Shown in pieces: positions 28,026 to 38,424 of a stretch of DNA of 64,000 nt. Numbering within the stretch: position 1 is the stretch's first letter; each line of letters begins with the position of its first letter. A program made the translations under genes and the position numbers. The notes beneath the pieces are model-generated. The model did not search any database and was not told the DNA's origin. It saw only the letters and a list, made by a program, of their open reading frames with translations. The DNA lies in the IMG/VR virus record IMGVR_UViG_3300044213_000107, positions 124,001 through 188,000 of that record; one strand, written 5' to 3'.

Positions 28026-29089
28026 TAACGGCTTTTCATCCTACGCCACAATGCTTCGGCTATGTCAACGGTTTCTTCGACTGGCACTTTTTCTAACGAT
28101 TGCATATAATTGCGTTGTTGTGGAGTCAAATTTGGTGCAGCAGGTGCCGCCGCAGCTATTGGAGATGCATATGGATTATTCATACTATAAGCACCTCTTG
28201 CTGTTGTTGCTTGTGGGAGTTTAGGCGTCTGAGGTTTTTTAGCTAACATACCTGTGTATGTTATATTAGGCTGTTGGCTAGACGCTGGAGTTGTTTGTGC
28301 TGTTGGCTCTACGGTAATAGAAGGTTCTGGTGTTGCTTGTTTAGTTCTTGAGCCGGTACCAGTACGTGCTCGTAGTGCATCACCAAATCTCCGATCTAGT
28401 CCCAAGGCATCTGCAGTACTGGCTGCATAACTTACTGGTGCTGATAACGTTCCCGGTGCTGCAGTTGGTGTATTGGCAGCAGCTGGTGTTGTTGCAGTTG
28501 GTGTATTTATAGCAGTCGGTTCTTCAATAGGTGCGCCACCAACTGCTTGTACTCCGGTGTTATAACCTTTCCTTGCAGCACGGCCTATGCCTTGTGGTAT
28601 ACCAGCTACCGCACCAACTGCTCCAGCAGCACCACCTAGAGCATTTGCTGCCCCTTTACCTACTGAGGTAACTGCTTTTCCTAAGTTAGTGCCTTTAGCA
28701 CCTAAATATTGTCCTGCTTGACCAACATCTTTTTCGACTGCGTCGTAAGCACCTGCACCTTTTTGAGCAATGTTTTTACCTGCATTGTATACACTTGAAA
28801 CAGGCCTTGCAACAGCTTGTCGAAATGTTTCTGCACCGGCATTGCCAAGTGCATTTGCGGCACCAGCAACTGCATTGCCAGTTTGTTGTAATCCTTTTGA
28901 GTACGCATTGGCTCCGCGCTCAATAGATTTTGCTCCGCGTTGTATGGCACCGGGCATTTTAGATAGTTTTTGGCCTGCCCATTTCGCACTTTTTCCTACA
29001 TTGTTTACCGCAGATTTTGCACCACGCCTAACATCATTCCAACTTAATTCATCTATTTGTTGTTCAGTTAAAACTTCATTTACTTTCAT
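28025..29089 (-). CDS. Ala/Gly/Thr-rich low-complexity protein, possible internal virion protein
   Basis: N-terminus MKVNEVLTE; amphipathic Gly/Ala repeats; PT-rich tail. Confidence 0.7.
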   Translation of the reverse strand: MKVNEVLTEQQIDELSWNDVRRGAKSAVNNVGKSAKWAGQKLSKMPGAIQRGAKSIERGANAYSKGLQQTGNAVAGAANALGNAGAETFRQAVARPVSSVYNAGKNIAQKGAGAYDAVEKDVGQAGQYLGAKGTNLGKAVTSVGKGAANALGGAAGAVGAVAGIPQGIGRAARKGYNTGVQAVGGAPIEEPTAINTPTATTPAAANTPTAAPGTLSAPVSYAASTADALGLDRRFGDALRARTGTGSRTKQATPEPSITVEPTAQTTPASSQQPNITYTGMLAKKPQTPKLPQATTARGAYSMNNPYASPIAAAAPAAPNLTPQQRNYMQSLEKVPVEETVDIAEALWRRMKSR

Positions 29090-29346
29090 TATTTCGTTTC
29101 GTGTCTACGCACGCCTCTAACAAATTTTTTGGGATCTTGGCTTTTAATGCTGTTAAGCAATCTGCGCTCTAGATCTAGTGCTTGCTGGTCGCCATAGTTT
29201 TCGCGAATAAAATTGATAAGATTTACAGCACTTTGTATAACATGCTGGGCGCGACTTTCAACTAAGTTTGCCGGATCTTTAACGGTTGGCATGCTGGCCA
29301 ATTCATCAAGAATACTACGGGTATGCTTCTGCAAGATAAACTCCAA
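29089..29346 (-). CDS. Hypothetical late protein
   Basis: 85 aa with TAAATA upstream. Confidence 0.7.
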   Translation of the reverse strand: MEFILQKHTRSILDELASMPTVKDPANLVESRAQHVIQSAVNLINFIRENYGDQQALDLERRLLNSIKSQDPKKFVRGVRRHETK

Positions 29347-29419
29347 TTTATTGTTATTTATGAGTGTTTATTAAAGATATCGGAATAGTAAATTGGCTAT
29401 ATTTTTAAACATAACATTG

Positions 29420-30874
29420 TTATACTCCATTTTTTAACCCAGCCAACATCTGTTTAAGTTTAGTGCTTTTTGCTTCGCCTGTGACCTTAGGTGCACCACC
29501 GGGAGCAATATCAAGTGGATCAGCAATACCTTCTTTTAACTTTGGGATTTCCCATTTAGTAGCTGGTTTAGTCTCGGCAGTAGGGTTCTTTATTTGATTC
29601 ATGATATTCATTGATTTTACCGGGCCACCTCCTGCTTCGTTAGCATCTACACCGGGATCAGTGATACGCATAGTTTCAACGTTGTATTCTAGATCAATCT
29701 TTTGTCCTACACCAGTACTATTACGTGATTTCATACATTGTATTTGATAGCGTCCACGTTCACGCATTGCTCTAGATGTAAAAATACCAAACACATTATC
29801 TGCTGTGTTAATTTTACTGATACCACCGGCAATATGGCTGTGATCAAACTCAGGTTCATCTACTGCACTACGATTTAACTGACTTGCAGTTACCATTAAC
29901 ACGCCTAGTTCTTTGGCCAAGTTACGTAATTCTTCTGACACATACTTGTCCTTGATAAACTGATCATTGGGATTGACTTTGACACTCACTGGCATCAACA
30001 AATCCAAGTAGTCAATCATCATAAAGTCAACTTGACGTCCTGTTTGTATTTGATACTCTTTTAAGAAACTGCGAATGTCGTTGATGTTGCTTTGTGCCGG
30101 CAATGCTTTGATCTGATATGTTCCAGACTTTTTACCCACCATACGAACTTTGAGTTCTGTGGTTTCAATGTCCTTGCGAATATCTTTAGTACTCATACTT
30201 GCTAACATTGCATCTGTTCTAAGTGCGGTCATTTCTTCTGACAATTCTAGACTGATGTATACACCATGCAGTCCTGCTTGCACCCAGCTCAGTGCTATGT
30301 TCATCATAACCAATGACTTGCCTGAACCTGAACCACCAGCAAAAATATTAAGTTCGCCGCGGCTAAAGCCACCGTATAACAATCTATCAAGTTGTGGCCA
30401 ACCTGTGCTGACTTGTCCACCAGAATTAAAGTACCGGTTAATACGCCCACTGGGATCTGCAAAGTAGTCTGTGCCCATGTCCTTGGTTAGACTAATTTGT
30501 ACAGCGTCTTTGATAAGTTTCTCCACAGGCTCATATTCGCCTTTTTCCAACAGGTCTGCGGACTTTAAAATTGCACGCTCCAGCTCTTGACGACGTGTGA
30601 ATTGTTCAAATTCATCCAAAAACCAATTGCTGTTTGCAGCTGATACAGGAACTGCTCGAAGTTCAACGTTTGTGGTTGCTTTGATTTGATCATATGTAGG
30701 CAGAGTCTTGTATTTGTCTGAATACTCAATGATGAACTTTGCAGTTTCTCTAAGACTGCGATCAAAGTTTTCTGGATTGTAAATATTCTGCACTCGCACA
30801 AAATCCTGTGCATCAGACAGCATGGTTTCTAATAATAATTTTTGTAATTCTGTTGTGTATTCTTTAGTCATCAA
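29420..30874 (-). CDS. Replicative DNA helicase (DnaB/T4 gp41-like)
   Basis: GGSGSGKS, ISLELSEE, IDYLDL, TASQLNR, SHIAGGI..INTAD, MKSR. Confidence 0.93.
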   Translation of the reverse strand: MMTKEYTTELQKLLLETMLSDAQDFVRVQNIYNPENFDRSLRETAKFIIEYSDKYKTLPTYDQIKATTNVELRAVPVSAANSNWFLDEFEQFTRRQELERAILKSADLLEKGEYEPVEKLIKDAVQISLTKDMGTDYFADPSGRINRYFNSGGQVSTGWPQLDRLLYGGFSRGELNIFAGGSGSGKSLVMMNIALSWVQAGLHGVYISLELSEEMTALRTDAMLASMSTKDIRKDIETTELKVRMVGKKSGTYQIKALPAQSNINDIRSFLKEYQIQTGRQVDFMMIDYLDLLMPVSVKVNPNDQFIKDKYVSEELRNLAKELGVLMVTASQLNRSAVDEPEFDHSHIAGGISKINTADNVFGIFTSRAMRERGRYQIQCMKSRNSTGVGQKIDLEYNVETMRITDPGVDANEAGGGPVKSMNIMNQIKNPTAETKPATKWEIPKLKEGIADPLDIAPGGAPKVTGEAKSTKLKQMLAGLKNGV

Positions 30875-31923
30875 TGTTCCTGTAAATTACTATATAGTTT
30901 CTTTTTCTTTAGTTCAATCTTTAAGCGGCTCGTTTCTTTAGCGGCTAAAATACTTTTTAGCACAAACAATTTTCCATAGCGATCAACTGCGGCCGATACA
31001 TCTTTAATGTCGGCTTCCCATTCGGGGAAACTAACCGACCAGCCGTACTCTATAGCGGCATCAATAAGTTTTACGCCAGCACGGTCTCGATCTGGTACAA
31101 CAATAACCTCACGAGTTAAACTGTCAATAACGTCGGCTTGAATTTCACTACATTCATTGCCTAGTATAGCAACACCGTCAATGGCCATTGCGTCAAACGG
31201 GCCTTCAACTACAACAACAAATTTAGCGTCTGGCAGTTGTAGATCTGTGTTAAACACATAGTTAGACTCGTAATTAGAATGATATTTGGGCTTAACATTA
31301 TCTTCAATGGCTCTGGCAGTGTATCCAATTATTTCTTTTTTCCAAGTGAACGGAACAATAACACGCTTGTGTAAGTTGTATGCAGTAGTTTCTGTCGTAT
31401 AAAACTCGTACTTTTTGAAATCAATGTTTCGTTTGTAGATATAGTCAAATGCTTGAACAAACTGTGGGTGAACCAGTTCGTCTTCGTCTTGAAGCGTCAA
31501 AAACGTTTTCCACTGACTAAAACTAACACTGCTGTCGGGTAATGCCCTGGGTTTAAAATCAATTTCCTGTTGTGCTTCTTCCGCAAACGTTTCTGGGGGT
31601 GCTACTAGATCTTTTACGCGGATTGCTTCGATTACCAGTCGTTTGACTTCGTTCTCTGACGCACCAAACCATGATAATAGTTTTCGAAATTTATAAGTTA
31701 AGTGCCGGCCAGGAATATAACTAGCTTTGAAATTGCAGTTAAAGCAATGATATGAAACACCACCATCTGAGTTTATAACAATACCACCACGCCCACGAGT
31801 GTCCGCAGATTCACCGTTATGGTGACAACAGGGTGCGTTAAAACTAGTCCATCCCGAAATAGCATTAGTTTTACGTTTTACTGGCAATAATAGTTGTACT
31901 GCGTCTTGTATAGGCGTAAGCAT
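30871..31923 (-). CDS. DNA primase (zinc finger plus TOPRIM)
   Basis: PCC..YHCFNC, IIGYTAR, VEGPFDA, PDRDRAG, KDVS; leaderless TATAAT-6 nt-ATG. Confidence 0.9.
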   Translation of the reverse strand: MLTPIQDAVQLLLPVKRKTNAISGWTSFNAPCCHHNGESADTRGRGGIVINSDGGVSYHCFNCNFKASYIPGRHLTYKFRKLLSWFGASENEVKRLVIEAIRVKDLVAPPETFAEEAQQEIDFKPRALPDSSVSFSQWKTFLTLQDEDELVHPQFVQAFDYIYKRNIDFKKYEFYTTETTAYNLHKRVIVPFTWKKEIIGYTARAIEDNVKPKYHSNYESNYVFNTDLQLPDAKFVVVVEGPFDAMAIDGVAILGNECSEIQADVIDSLTREVIVVPDRDRAGVKLIDAAIEYGWSVSFPEWEADIKDVSAAVDRYGKLFVLKSILAAKETSRLKIELKKKKLYSNLQEH

Positions 31924-31962
31924 ACTATGATTATACAGTAAATTTTGAAAAAATCAAATTAT

Positions 31963-32694
31963 TTAAATGCCGTATCTGCCGCGAATTGAATTATGATTGC
32001 TGGCCATTTCGGTAGCGGATAACACTCTACTGTATATAGCCGCAACACCCACATTACCATTCCAATAGTTATCGGCCGCCCCAACATTTTCACTAGTAGC
32101 TGATTGATATTGATAAAATGTTACGCCAGATGTTGATGTACCTAGTTGTTGTCCATTGAAATAATAAGTTTGTACTCCGGCAGTAGTATGTGTAACAGCA
32201 CATGTAAACCAGTTGCCTGTGGTATAAGGAAGGTTAGCACTAAGGGTACCTGACCAACCGTTGCTAGGTCCTGTACTCCAATGTAGTTGATAGGCTGAAC
32301 CAGAATTGTAGGCATAAAGACTAAAGTTTCTATTATTACCTCCATTATCTGTACCTATCATATTACGATAAGTACCCGATGATAATGAAGCTATTGTGCC
32401 AGCAAAAAATACTGTCTTGCCAGTATATGTTTTATTAAATTTACTACTAGCAGAACTTGAGTACTGATTGGTTCCATTTAGGGTAAAATATCCGCCGGTA
32501 CTGGCGCTGTAGGAGGGTGAATTTTGTAGAGTACCATTGGCACCGTTACCGCTTAGGTCATACCAAGTTGAGCCGGTGCCGGGATAACTTGTGATATTAC
32601 CAGCATCAAGATATAACAATGTCGAACTGTCTTTAATAAAGTGTGCGTCGTTAACGAATCCAACGTTACGTAATGTTACGCCTTGAATAATCAT
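31963..32694 (-). CDS. LamG/Concanavalin-A-like lectin domain virion protein
   Basis: LYLDAGNITSYPGTGSTWYDLSGNG...YSRVLSATE...RYGI. Confidence 0.85.
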   Translation of the reverse strand: MIIQGVTLRNVGFVNDAHFIKDSSTLLYLDAGNITSYPGTGSTWYDLSGNGANGTLQNSPSYSASTGGYFTLNGTNQYSSSASSKFNKTYTGKTVFFAGTIASLSSGTYRNMIGTDNGGNNRNFSLYAYNSGSAYQLHWSTGPSNGWSGTLSANLPYTTGNWFTCAVTHTTAGVQTYYFNGQQLGTSTSGVTFYQYQSATSENVGAADNYWNGNVGVAAIYSRVLSATEMASNHNSIRGRYGI

Positions 32695-35600
32695 TACAAT
32701 CTCTCGATGGTTACAAAGTTGCCGTATGGACTTGAAGCACTAGTTGTCATCCAAGTGATGCGATACATTTTGTTAGCAGTTGTATCTGTGAGTACAGTTG
32801 TAGCAGATGACCCTGCTGCACTAAACCACCATCCAGCGACTCCTAACAGAGCAGGAGTTGTAGTTGCTGACATAGTGCTATTCGTACCTTGAGCGTTAGC
32901 AACTGTGCCACTACCAAGTTGATAAGTTATAGCATAAGCATAAGTGGTAGTACCACTTACTGTGCCAGCATAAATCCATACACCGCTACCTGATGTTTTG
33001 ATTTGTATCGCTAAGTTGTCTAATGACAATGTAGTGTTAAGTGCTAAGTTTGCTGCTGAAGCCTTGGCAATCCTTCCGCCACCAGGAACAACAACATCGC
33101 CGCCCACTGGATTTAGCACAATAGCGTATGGTGTGGCATTGCCACCATAACCACTTTGTATCCATTGAGCATAACTAACACTAGTGCCGTTTAATGTAGC
33201 ACCCGACGGATACTGACCAAAGGTCAAGTAGTTGCCACCAGCACCACCTAACACTATACCAGCACCTGTTTGAATAGCACTGGCAGTTGGAGCAACTTGA
33301 ACCCCGCTTAAAATACTATGTTGTTGTACAAGATTGTTATTGCCAACAGTTAAGTTGCCAGCAACACTAACAGTATTGCCAAACCAAGCTGGAGTAATAC
33401 TAGTAACTACAAACTGTCCTATGCCATCTGGATTAACAGTAATATTACCGTTGGTACCACTGGTACTAGTAAGTGTGGTATTGCCACCAAACACAAGATC
33501 ACTGTTTGTTGGCATTGTCAAGTTGCCGGTGTTATCAAATGTAAATGCGTAACTACCAGCCACCAAGGTAACGTTAGAACTTGATCCTGTAATGTTTCCG
33601 GTACTGTTGTAGTTTAAGTTAGTCAGGTATTGACCACTACCAACAAAGTTAGCGGCCGTGACGTTACCGGAGTAAGTTGATGTGGTGCCAATACTGTTGC
33701 CGTATTGTGTGCCCGAAATATTACCCGCTGTGATATTGCCTAGTAAGTAAGCGGCTACTTGTGTATTACCGTAACTGATCGATGTAAATGGAGTTCCATT
33801 AGCATAGAAAAATCCAGAAGCCAACACATTGCCTGCTGTGATGTTGCCGGTTGTCGAGACTGTGTTGCTACCAAAGCCGGACAATAGTGCTGTAACATTG
33901 GCATTACCATAGATTGTCTGCGGTGCAGCCAGTTCAATAAACTCCCATTGTGGTCCACCAGCTTCACCGAATGTAAATGACCCACTCCAGGCGCCAACAC
34001 TACGAACTGTGTATGTATGTGAGCCTGCTGCGGGAGTATCAATGGTTGAAATGTTGTAACTGACATTCATACCACTTACACCGCTTTCAAGCCAGAATTG
34101 ATTTCCTATTGCAGTGCCATCTCTGTAAAACTGTATTTTACCGTATTGGCTTGATCCGCCAGGATTAGCATCACCGTTCAAACTAATATAAACAGGGAAT
34201 CCATATGTGGTAAATGTTGCTGTGGCAATAGTTTGACCAGTAGCTGTAATACTTCCACTAATGCTGTTAGTCTGAATACTATAGTTCATTGGCACTTGAA
34301 TATTGCCAGTGTTTAAGGGACCAAATGTACCGTTAGCATACAACACATTTGTTGCACTACCTGTCAAGTTGATTGCACTGATATTACCCAAATTAGTTGC
34401 TGAGATATTACCAACTGAGATGTTGCCCGATAGGTAAGCCGCTACGTTAGTGTTGCTGTATGTACCTGTTTGTGGATTAGCAACAAGGTAGGCAGCTACT
34501 TGTGTGTTGCCATAGTTACTTGACGCAAACGGAGTTCCGTTGGCCCAGAAGTAACCAGATGCCAGAATATTTCCAGCCGATACATTACCAGAATATGTTG
34601 GCAAATAACTTGCTACGTTAGCGTTGCCGTATGTTCCACCAATACCAGACAATATTGAAACGCCATTTGCAGCCCAATAGTAACCGCTGCCATAAAAACT
34701 TTGTGCATTGCTGTTTTGGCCTACACTAATATTGCTGTTAAATTGTGCATTACTAGACACTGTTAGTCCCAGATTCACCGCCGAGCCATTAACGTTAATT
34801 CGGTTGTTGAAACTAATGCCACTTCCGTTGTCAGTAGTAATAGTATTATCTAAACTGTGGAACTGCATATGACCTATAGTCAAATTGCCAGTAGATACAT
34901 TTCCAGATAACAAAGCATTTACATTGGTATTACTATATGTTGAGCCAGTAGCAAAGTTTGTATTAGCCCAAGTATAAAAACTACCAACGTTGGCATTTAA
35001 TGTCTGAATACTTGTGTTGGCTGCAGTTACGTTAGAGTTAATGCCTGTGATGATACTGCTTGTTGGCAAATAACTTGCTACATTACTATCATTATAGTTA
35101 CCGGTAGAACCAGACAATGCGGTTCCGTTAGCATAAAAATAACCCGAGGCAAATACATTACCAGAGTAAATATTGCCCATAATCACCGAACCATTAGCCT
35201 GAACTGCAATAGGTGCAGTGGCTGCGGCTGCATTAGCATCAAATGTAATTAGTGCACGAGTCACACCTGACCCTGGTGCACCATTGTATCTGTATAATCC
35301 AAATGTATTGTGTACGGTACTGCTGTTGTTGGTATGACCAACCCCGGCTGCGTCCCACCAATCCCAATCCCAGAGTACGGTATTCTTAAATCCCGATGCA
35401 GGATTACCAAAACTAACTGCAAGATTTCCGGTGTTAACCCCATCACTCCAGTTGCCAATTTCTAACCAGGTGCTAGGGTTTGTGTTGTTTATACCAGTAT
35501 AACTTTGTATATGTATTTTACCAGCACCGCCACTATTTAAATTAATACCTACGCCCGAGTCCAGACTACTAATTGTATCGCCCGAAAAAGTAATGTTTCC

Positions 35601-37517
35601 AGTGTTGCCTGCAACAATAATTTGTGAGTCAACATAGCTCTTCATTGCAGTGTTAGCTGATATAATAGCCGCATTAGCTGCTGTCACATTAGCGTTGATG
35701 CCTGTTATGATACTACTTGTTGGCAAGTATGCCGCAACCTGTGTATTTCCATAGTTACTTGACGCAAACGGAGTTCCATTGGCCCAGAAGTAGCCAGTTG
35801 CACTAACATTACCTGTTGTAATATTACCTGTTAGGTATGCCGCAACGTTAGTGTTGCTATATGTAGAATTACTAAAATGTGCATTAGCCCAAGTTTCATA
35901 TGCTCCAATGTTGGCATCTAATGTATTAACGTGGTTGAATACACTACCTAAGTTTGCATTAATTGTATTTTCATATGCACCAACGTTGGCATTTAATGTT
36001 TGTATGCTTGCGTTGGCTGCCGTAACGTTTGCATTAATTGAGGTAATGCTATTTGTAATCGAGCCAATGGCTCCGGCTTCTGCGGCTAAGTTTGCAGCAA
36101 TCTCAGAAAGAGTATCCAATGTACCTGGAGCAGAGTTAATTAAATTATTAATTGCCGTACTAATCTGATAATCAGTATACCCTTTTAATGCGGTGTTAGC
36201 CGTAGTAACTTGATTATTAACATAGTTAGTCATCACTGTATTACCACTGTCAACATAACTCTTCATTGCTGTATTAGCAGTTACAATTGAGGTATTGGCA
36301 CTTGTGATTCCTGATTGTAGTAAAACATCTTGAGCATTGACATAACTAACTACTGCGGCATTGGCAGTAATAATTGCGGCGTTGATTGCTGTAATGTTGG
36401 CACGTAAGCCGGTGATTTCTGACTCTTGTAATGCGGCATTACTTTGTAGTCCGGCGATAACTGAACTGGTAGGTAAGTAACTGGCTACATTTGAGTTACT
36501 GTATGTACCAGCATATGGTTGACCATTTGCATATGTAAATGAACTAGCCGAAATGTTATTAATAACAATAATATTTCCGCTGCCAATATTACCAGTTGTT
36601 GTAATTACTCCGTTGTTTGGAATTTGAATATTAGTTAATAAACCACCATCACCAACAAATTGATTGGCATTTACAGTAGCAAATGTAACTGTGTCACTAG
36701 TGCCCAGTGTTTGATTAATACCAGAGCCGGCTCCAAGATAAGCGGTGTATTGACTTGAATTATCACTGTAGTTGATGCCCATAGTGGTCAAGGAGCCCAG
36801 GCCGGTGATCACTGCAGGACTACCAACAAAATTTATGGTTCCGTCATAATTGCCCAAATATGTGGCCACATTGACATTGGCGTAGGTGCTGGCCACGAGA
36901 GAATTAATTTGTGTCTGTTGTGCGGATACATTGGAAGCAACAGAAACCAGACTGTCATTTTGTGTCACTGCATTGGACCACAAATTTGATATCTGCAAGT
37001 TAGCTGCAGTTTGTCCGCCAAGTATAGTCCCGATACTATTTTCATCATTTTGAATAGCAGTAGCAATCTGACCTAGTGTGTCTAAAATTGCAGGTGCATT
37101 GGCCAACAAAGCAATCTTATTATTAACATAAGATACCACCGCGGTATTAGCAGTCACAATGCTAGATTCAATTCCGGTAATTGTTGGGTCAGATGGCAAG
37201 TATGCGGCTACATTGGCGTTAGTATAAACCAATGATTGCAGACTAGAGATATTAGCATTGATTCCAGTTACATCTGTCTGGTGTATGTTAGCCACTGTTG
37301 CTGTTAATGCGGCTACGTTTGCTGCAATAGTTGACAATTGTGCAACCTGAGCTGTAGTAGCCAAAGGAAATCCGCCAGGGGTTAATCCATCTTGTAACCG
37401 CAGGGTGTTTAATCCTGTATCAATGACTACTTCACCTATTGGGCCAGTATATGCGGCCACATTAGCGGTTGGTCCACGCTTTAATAAAATTTGAGTCAAG
37501 CGAATATTGCCCGCCAT
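32694..37517 (-). CDS. Long tail fibre (1607 aa) with an Mtd-N-like N-terminus
   Basis: ILLKRG..YTGPIGEVVIDT..LRLQDG.T.GG; about 12 Y-x-N-x-(N/Q)V-(A/T)-x-(Y/L)L units; APGTLDTL.EIA linkers. Confidence 0.85.
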   Translation of the reverse strand: MAGNIRLTQILLKRGPTANVAAYTGPIGEVVIDTGLNTLRLQDGLTPGGFPLATTAQVAQLSTIAANVAALTATVANIHQTDVTGINANISSLQSLVYTNANVAAYLPSDPTITGIESSIVTANTAVVSYVNNKIALLANAPAILDTLGQIATAIQNDENSIGTILGGQTAANLQISNLWSNAVTQNDSLVSVASNVSAQQTQINSLVASTYANVNVATYLGNYDGTINFVGSPAVITGLGSLTTMGINYSDNSSQYTAYLGAGSGINQTLGTSDTVTFATVNANQFVGDGGLLTNIQIPNNGVITTTGNIGSGNIIVINNISASSFTYANGQPYAGTYSNSNVASYLPTSSVIAGLQSNAALQESEITGLRANITAINAAIITANAAVVSYVNAQDVLLQSGITSANTSIVTANTAMKSYVDSGNTVMTNYVNNQVTTANTALKGYTDYQISTAINNLINSAPGTLDTLSEIAANLAAEAGAIGSITNSITSINANVTAANASIQTLNANVGAYENTINANLGSVFNHVNTLDANIGAYETWANAHFSNSTYSNTNVAAYLTGNITTGNVSATGYFWANGTPFASSNYGNTQVAAYLPTSSIITGINANVTAANAAIISANTAMKSYVDSQIIVAGNTGNITFSGDTISSLDSGVGINLNSGGAGKIHIQSYTGINNTNPSTWLEIGNWSDGVNTGNLAVSFGNPASGFKNTVLWDWDWWDAAGVGHTNNSSTVHNTFGLYRYNGAPGSGVTRALITFDANAAAATAPIAVQANGSVIMGNIYSGNVFASGYFYANGTALSGSTGNYNDSNVASYLPTSSIITGINSNVTAANTSIQTLNANVGSFYTWANTNFATGSTYSNTNVNALLSGNVSTGNLTIGHMQFHSLDNTITTDNGSGISFNNRINVNGSAVNLGLTVSSNAQFNSNISVGQNSNAQSFYGSGYYWAANGVSILSGIGGTYGNANVASYLPTYSGNVSAGNILASGYFWANGTPFASSNYGNTQVAAYLVANPQTGTYSNTNVAAYLSGNISVGNISATNLGNISAINLTGSATNVLYANGTFGPLNTGNIQVPMNYSIQTNSISGSITATGQTIATATFTTYGFPVYISLNGDANPGGSSQYGKIQFYRDGTAIGNQFWLESGVSGMNVSYNISTIDTPAAGSHTYTVRSVGAWSGSFTFGEAGGPQWEFIELAAPQTIYGNANVTALLSGFGSNTVSTTGNITAGNVLASGFFYANGTPFTSISYGNTQVAAYLLGNITAGNISGTQYGNSIGTTSTYSGNVTAANFVGSGQYLTNLNYNSTGNITGSSSNVTLVAGSYAFTFDNTGNLTMPTNSDLVFGGNTTLTSTSGTNGNITVNPDGIGQFVVTSITPAWFGNTVSVAGNLTVGNNNLVQQHSILSGVQVAPTASAIQTGAGIVLGGAGGNYLTFGQYPSGATLNGTSVSYAQWIQSGYGGNATPYAIVLNPVGGDVVVPGGGRIAKASAANLALNTTLSLDNLAIQIKTSGSGVWIYAGTVSGTTTYAYAITYQLGSGTVANAQGTNSTMSATTTPALLGVAGWWFSAAGSSATTVLTDTTANKMYRITWMTTSASSPYGNFVTIERL

Positions 37518-38017
37518 TATAGTGTTCCCCCGTCAACAACGATTTCAGTACCAACAGTTGGTGCCGGTGCTTGTGTGGCATAATAAGCAGGTAAAACCAT
37601 TAAATCTAATGGAACCCCGTAGTTATCATCAATATACACCGGACTTGCTACGTTGGTTCCGGTGTTTATTTGTTTTACTGTAAGTTTGTATAGTCTTTGT
37701 TCTAAACTGTCGATTGTGGTTTGATCTAACACTATTGACCCTTGTCCTTTTGTGATAGTACTAAATGAAACTGCATAACTGCCAACGGTTAATTGATTTG
37801 TGGGATCTTGTATGTCTACTTGAAGTGCATAACCAGTTAAATCAACCGATTTTTGGTCTTGATTTAGGCAAACGATTTGTATAGGATTATCTATACCCTG
37901 ATATACTTTTATTGTTCTGTTATACACGACTCTGTTTCTCCCACCCGTGAACAATGTTGGGTCCAAAAATTGAACCATCAATGAATTCGGATATAAATAT
38001 GTTTTGATGCATTGCAT
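37517..38017 (-). CDS. Baseplate/fibre attachment-type protein (BppU-N-like)
   Basis: IKVYQGIDNPIQI..NQDQKSVDLTG; start reset to MQCIK downstream of TAAATA. Confidence 0.6.
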   Translation of the reverse strand: MQCIKTYLYPNSLMVQFLDPTLFTGGRNRVVYNRTIKVYQGIDNPIQIVCLNQDQKSVDLTGYALQVDIQDPTNQLTVGSYAVSFSTITKGQGSIVLDQTTIDSLEQRLYKLTVKQINTGTNVASPVYIDDNYGVPLDLMVLPAYYATQAPAPTVGTEIVVDGGTL

Positions 38018-38052
38018 AATTTGCGATCTTAATAACATATTTATCGTATACA

Positions 38053-38424
38053 GTGGAAGAAATAAAACAGCTTTTAGAACGTTATCCCTACTTAACTTAC
38101 CTTACGTACGGTGGTAATGATTATGTAGGTATCGTGCAAAATGTAGATGATATTATCACCACGATCTATGATTATTCTATACTGCGAACTGCAGAGGAAA
38201 AGGCAAGATTCTTAGAATTAGGTGATGTTTGGTGGTGGGAAAGCAATCGCGGAATACCTATTAATCTATTTTTAAAACAAGATTGGACACCATTTAAAGC
38301 TGTTTTACGCACAATGAACAGCAAAGACGTAGAAATAAAATTAGGCCCTTATGTGAGCCTAAAAGAAATGAGTGCAAAACGCAGCAAACGTCGAAGTATT
38401 ACTTTGATTAGGAAGCTGACGTAA
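38053..38424 (+). CDS. Conserved hypothetical protein; lone plus-strand gene (GTG start)
   Basis: 123 aa, globular composition (YPYLT, YVGIVQN, WWWESNR.IPI); converges on mini-dnaE. Confidence 0.75.
   Translation: MEEIKQLLERYPYLTYLTYGGNDYVGIVQNVDDIITTIYDYSILRTAEEKARFLELGDVWWWESNRGIPINLFLKQDWTPFKAVLRTMNSKDVEIKLGPYVSLKEMSAKRSKRRSITLIRKLT

Noticed and set aside
32694-37517. Diversity-generating retroelement suggested by the Mtd-like N-terminus
   Set aside because: No reverse transcriptase, and no template/variable repeat pair with A-specific mismatches was seen in the window.
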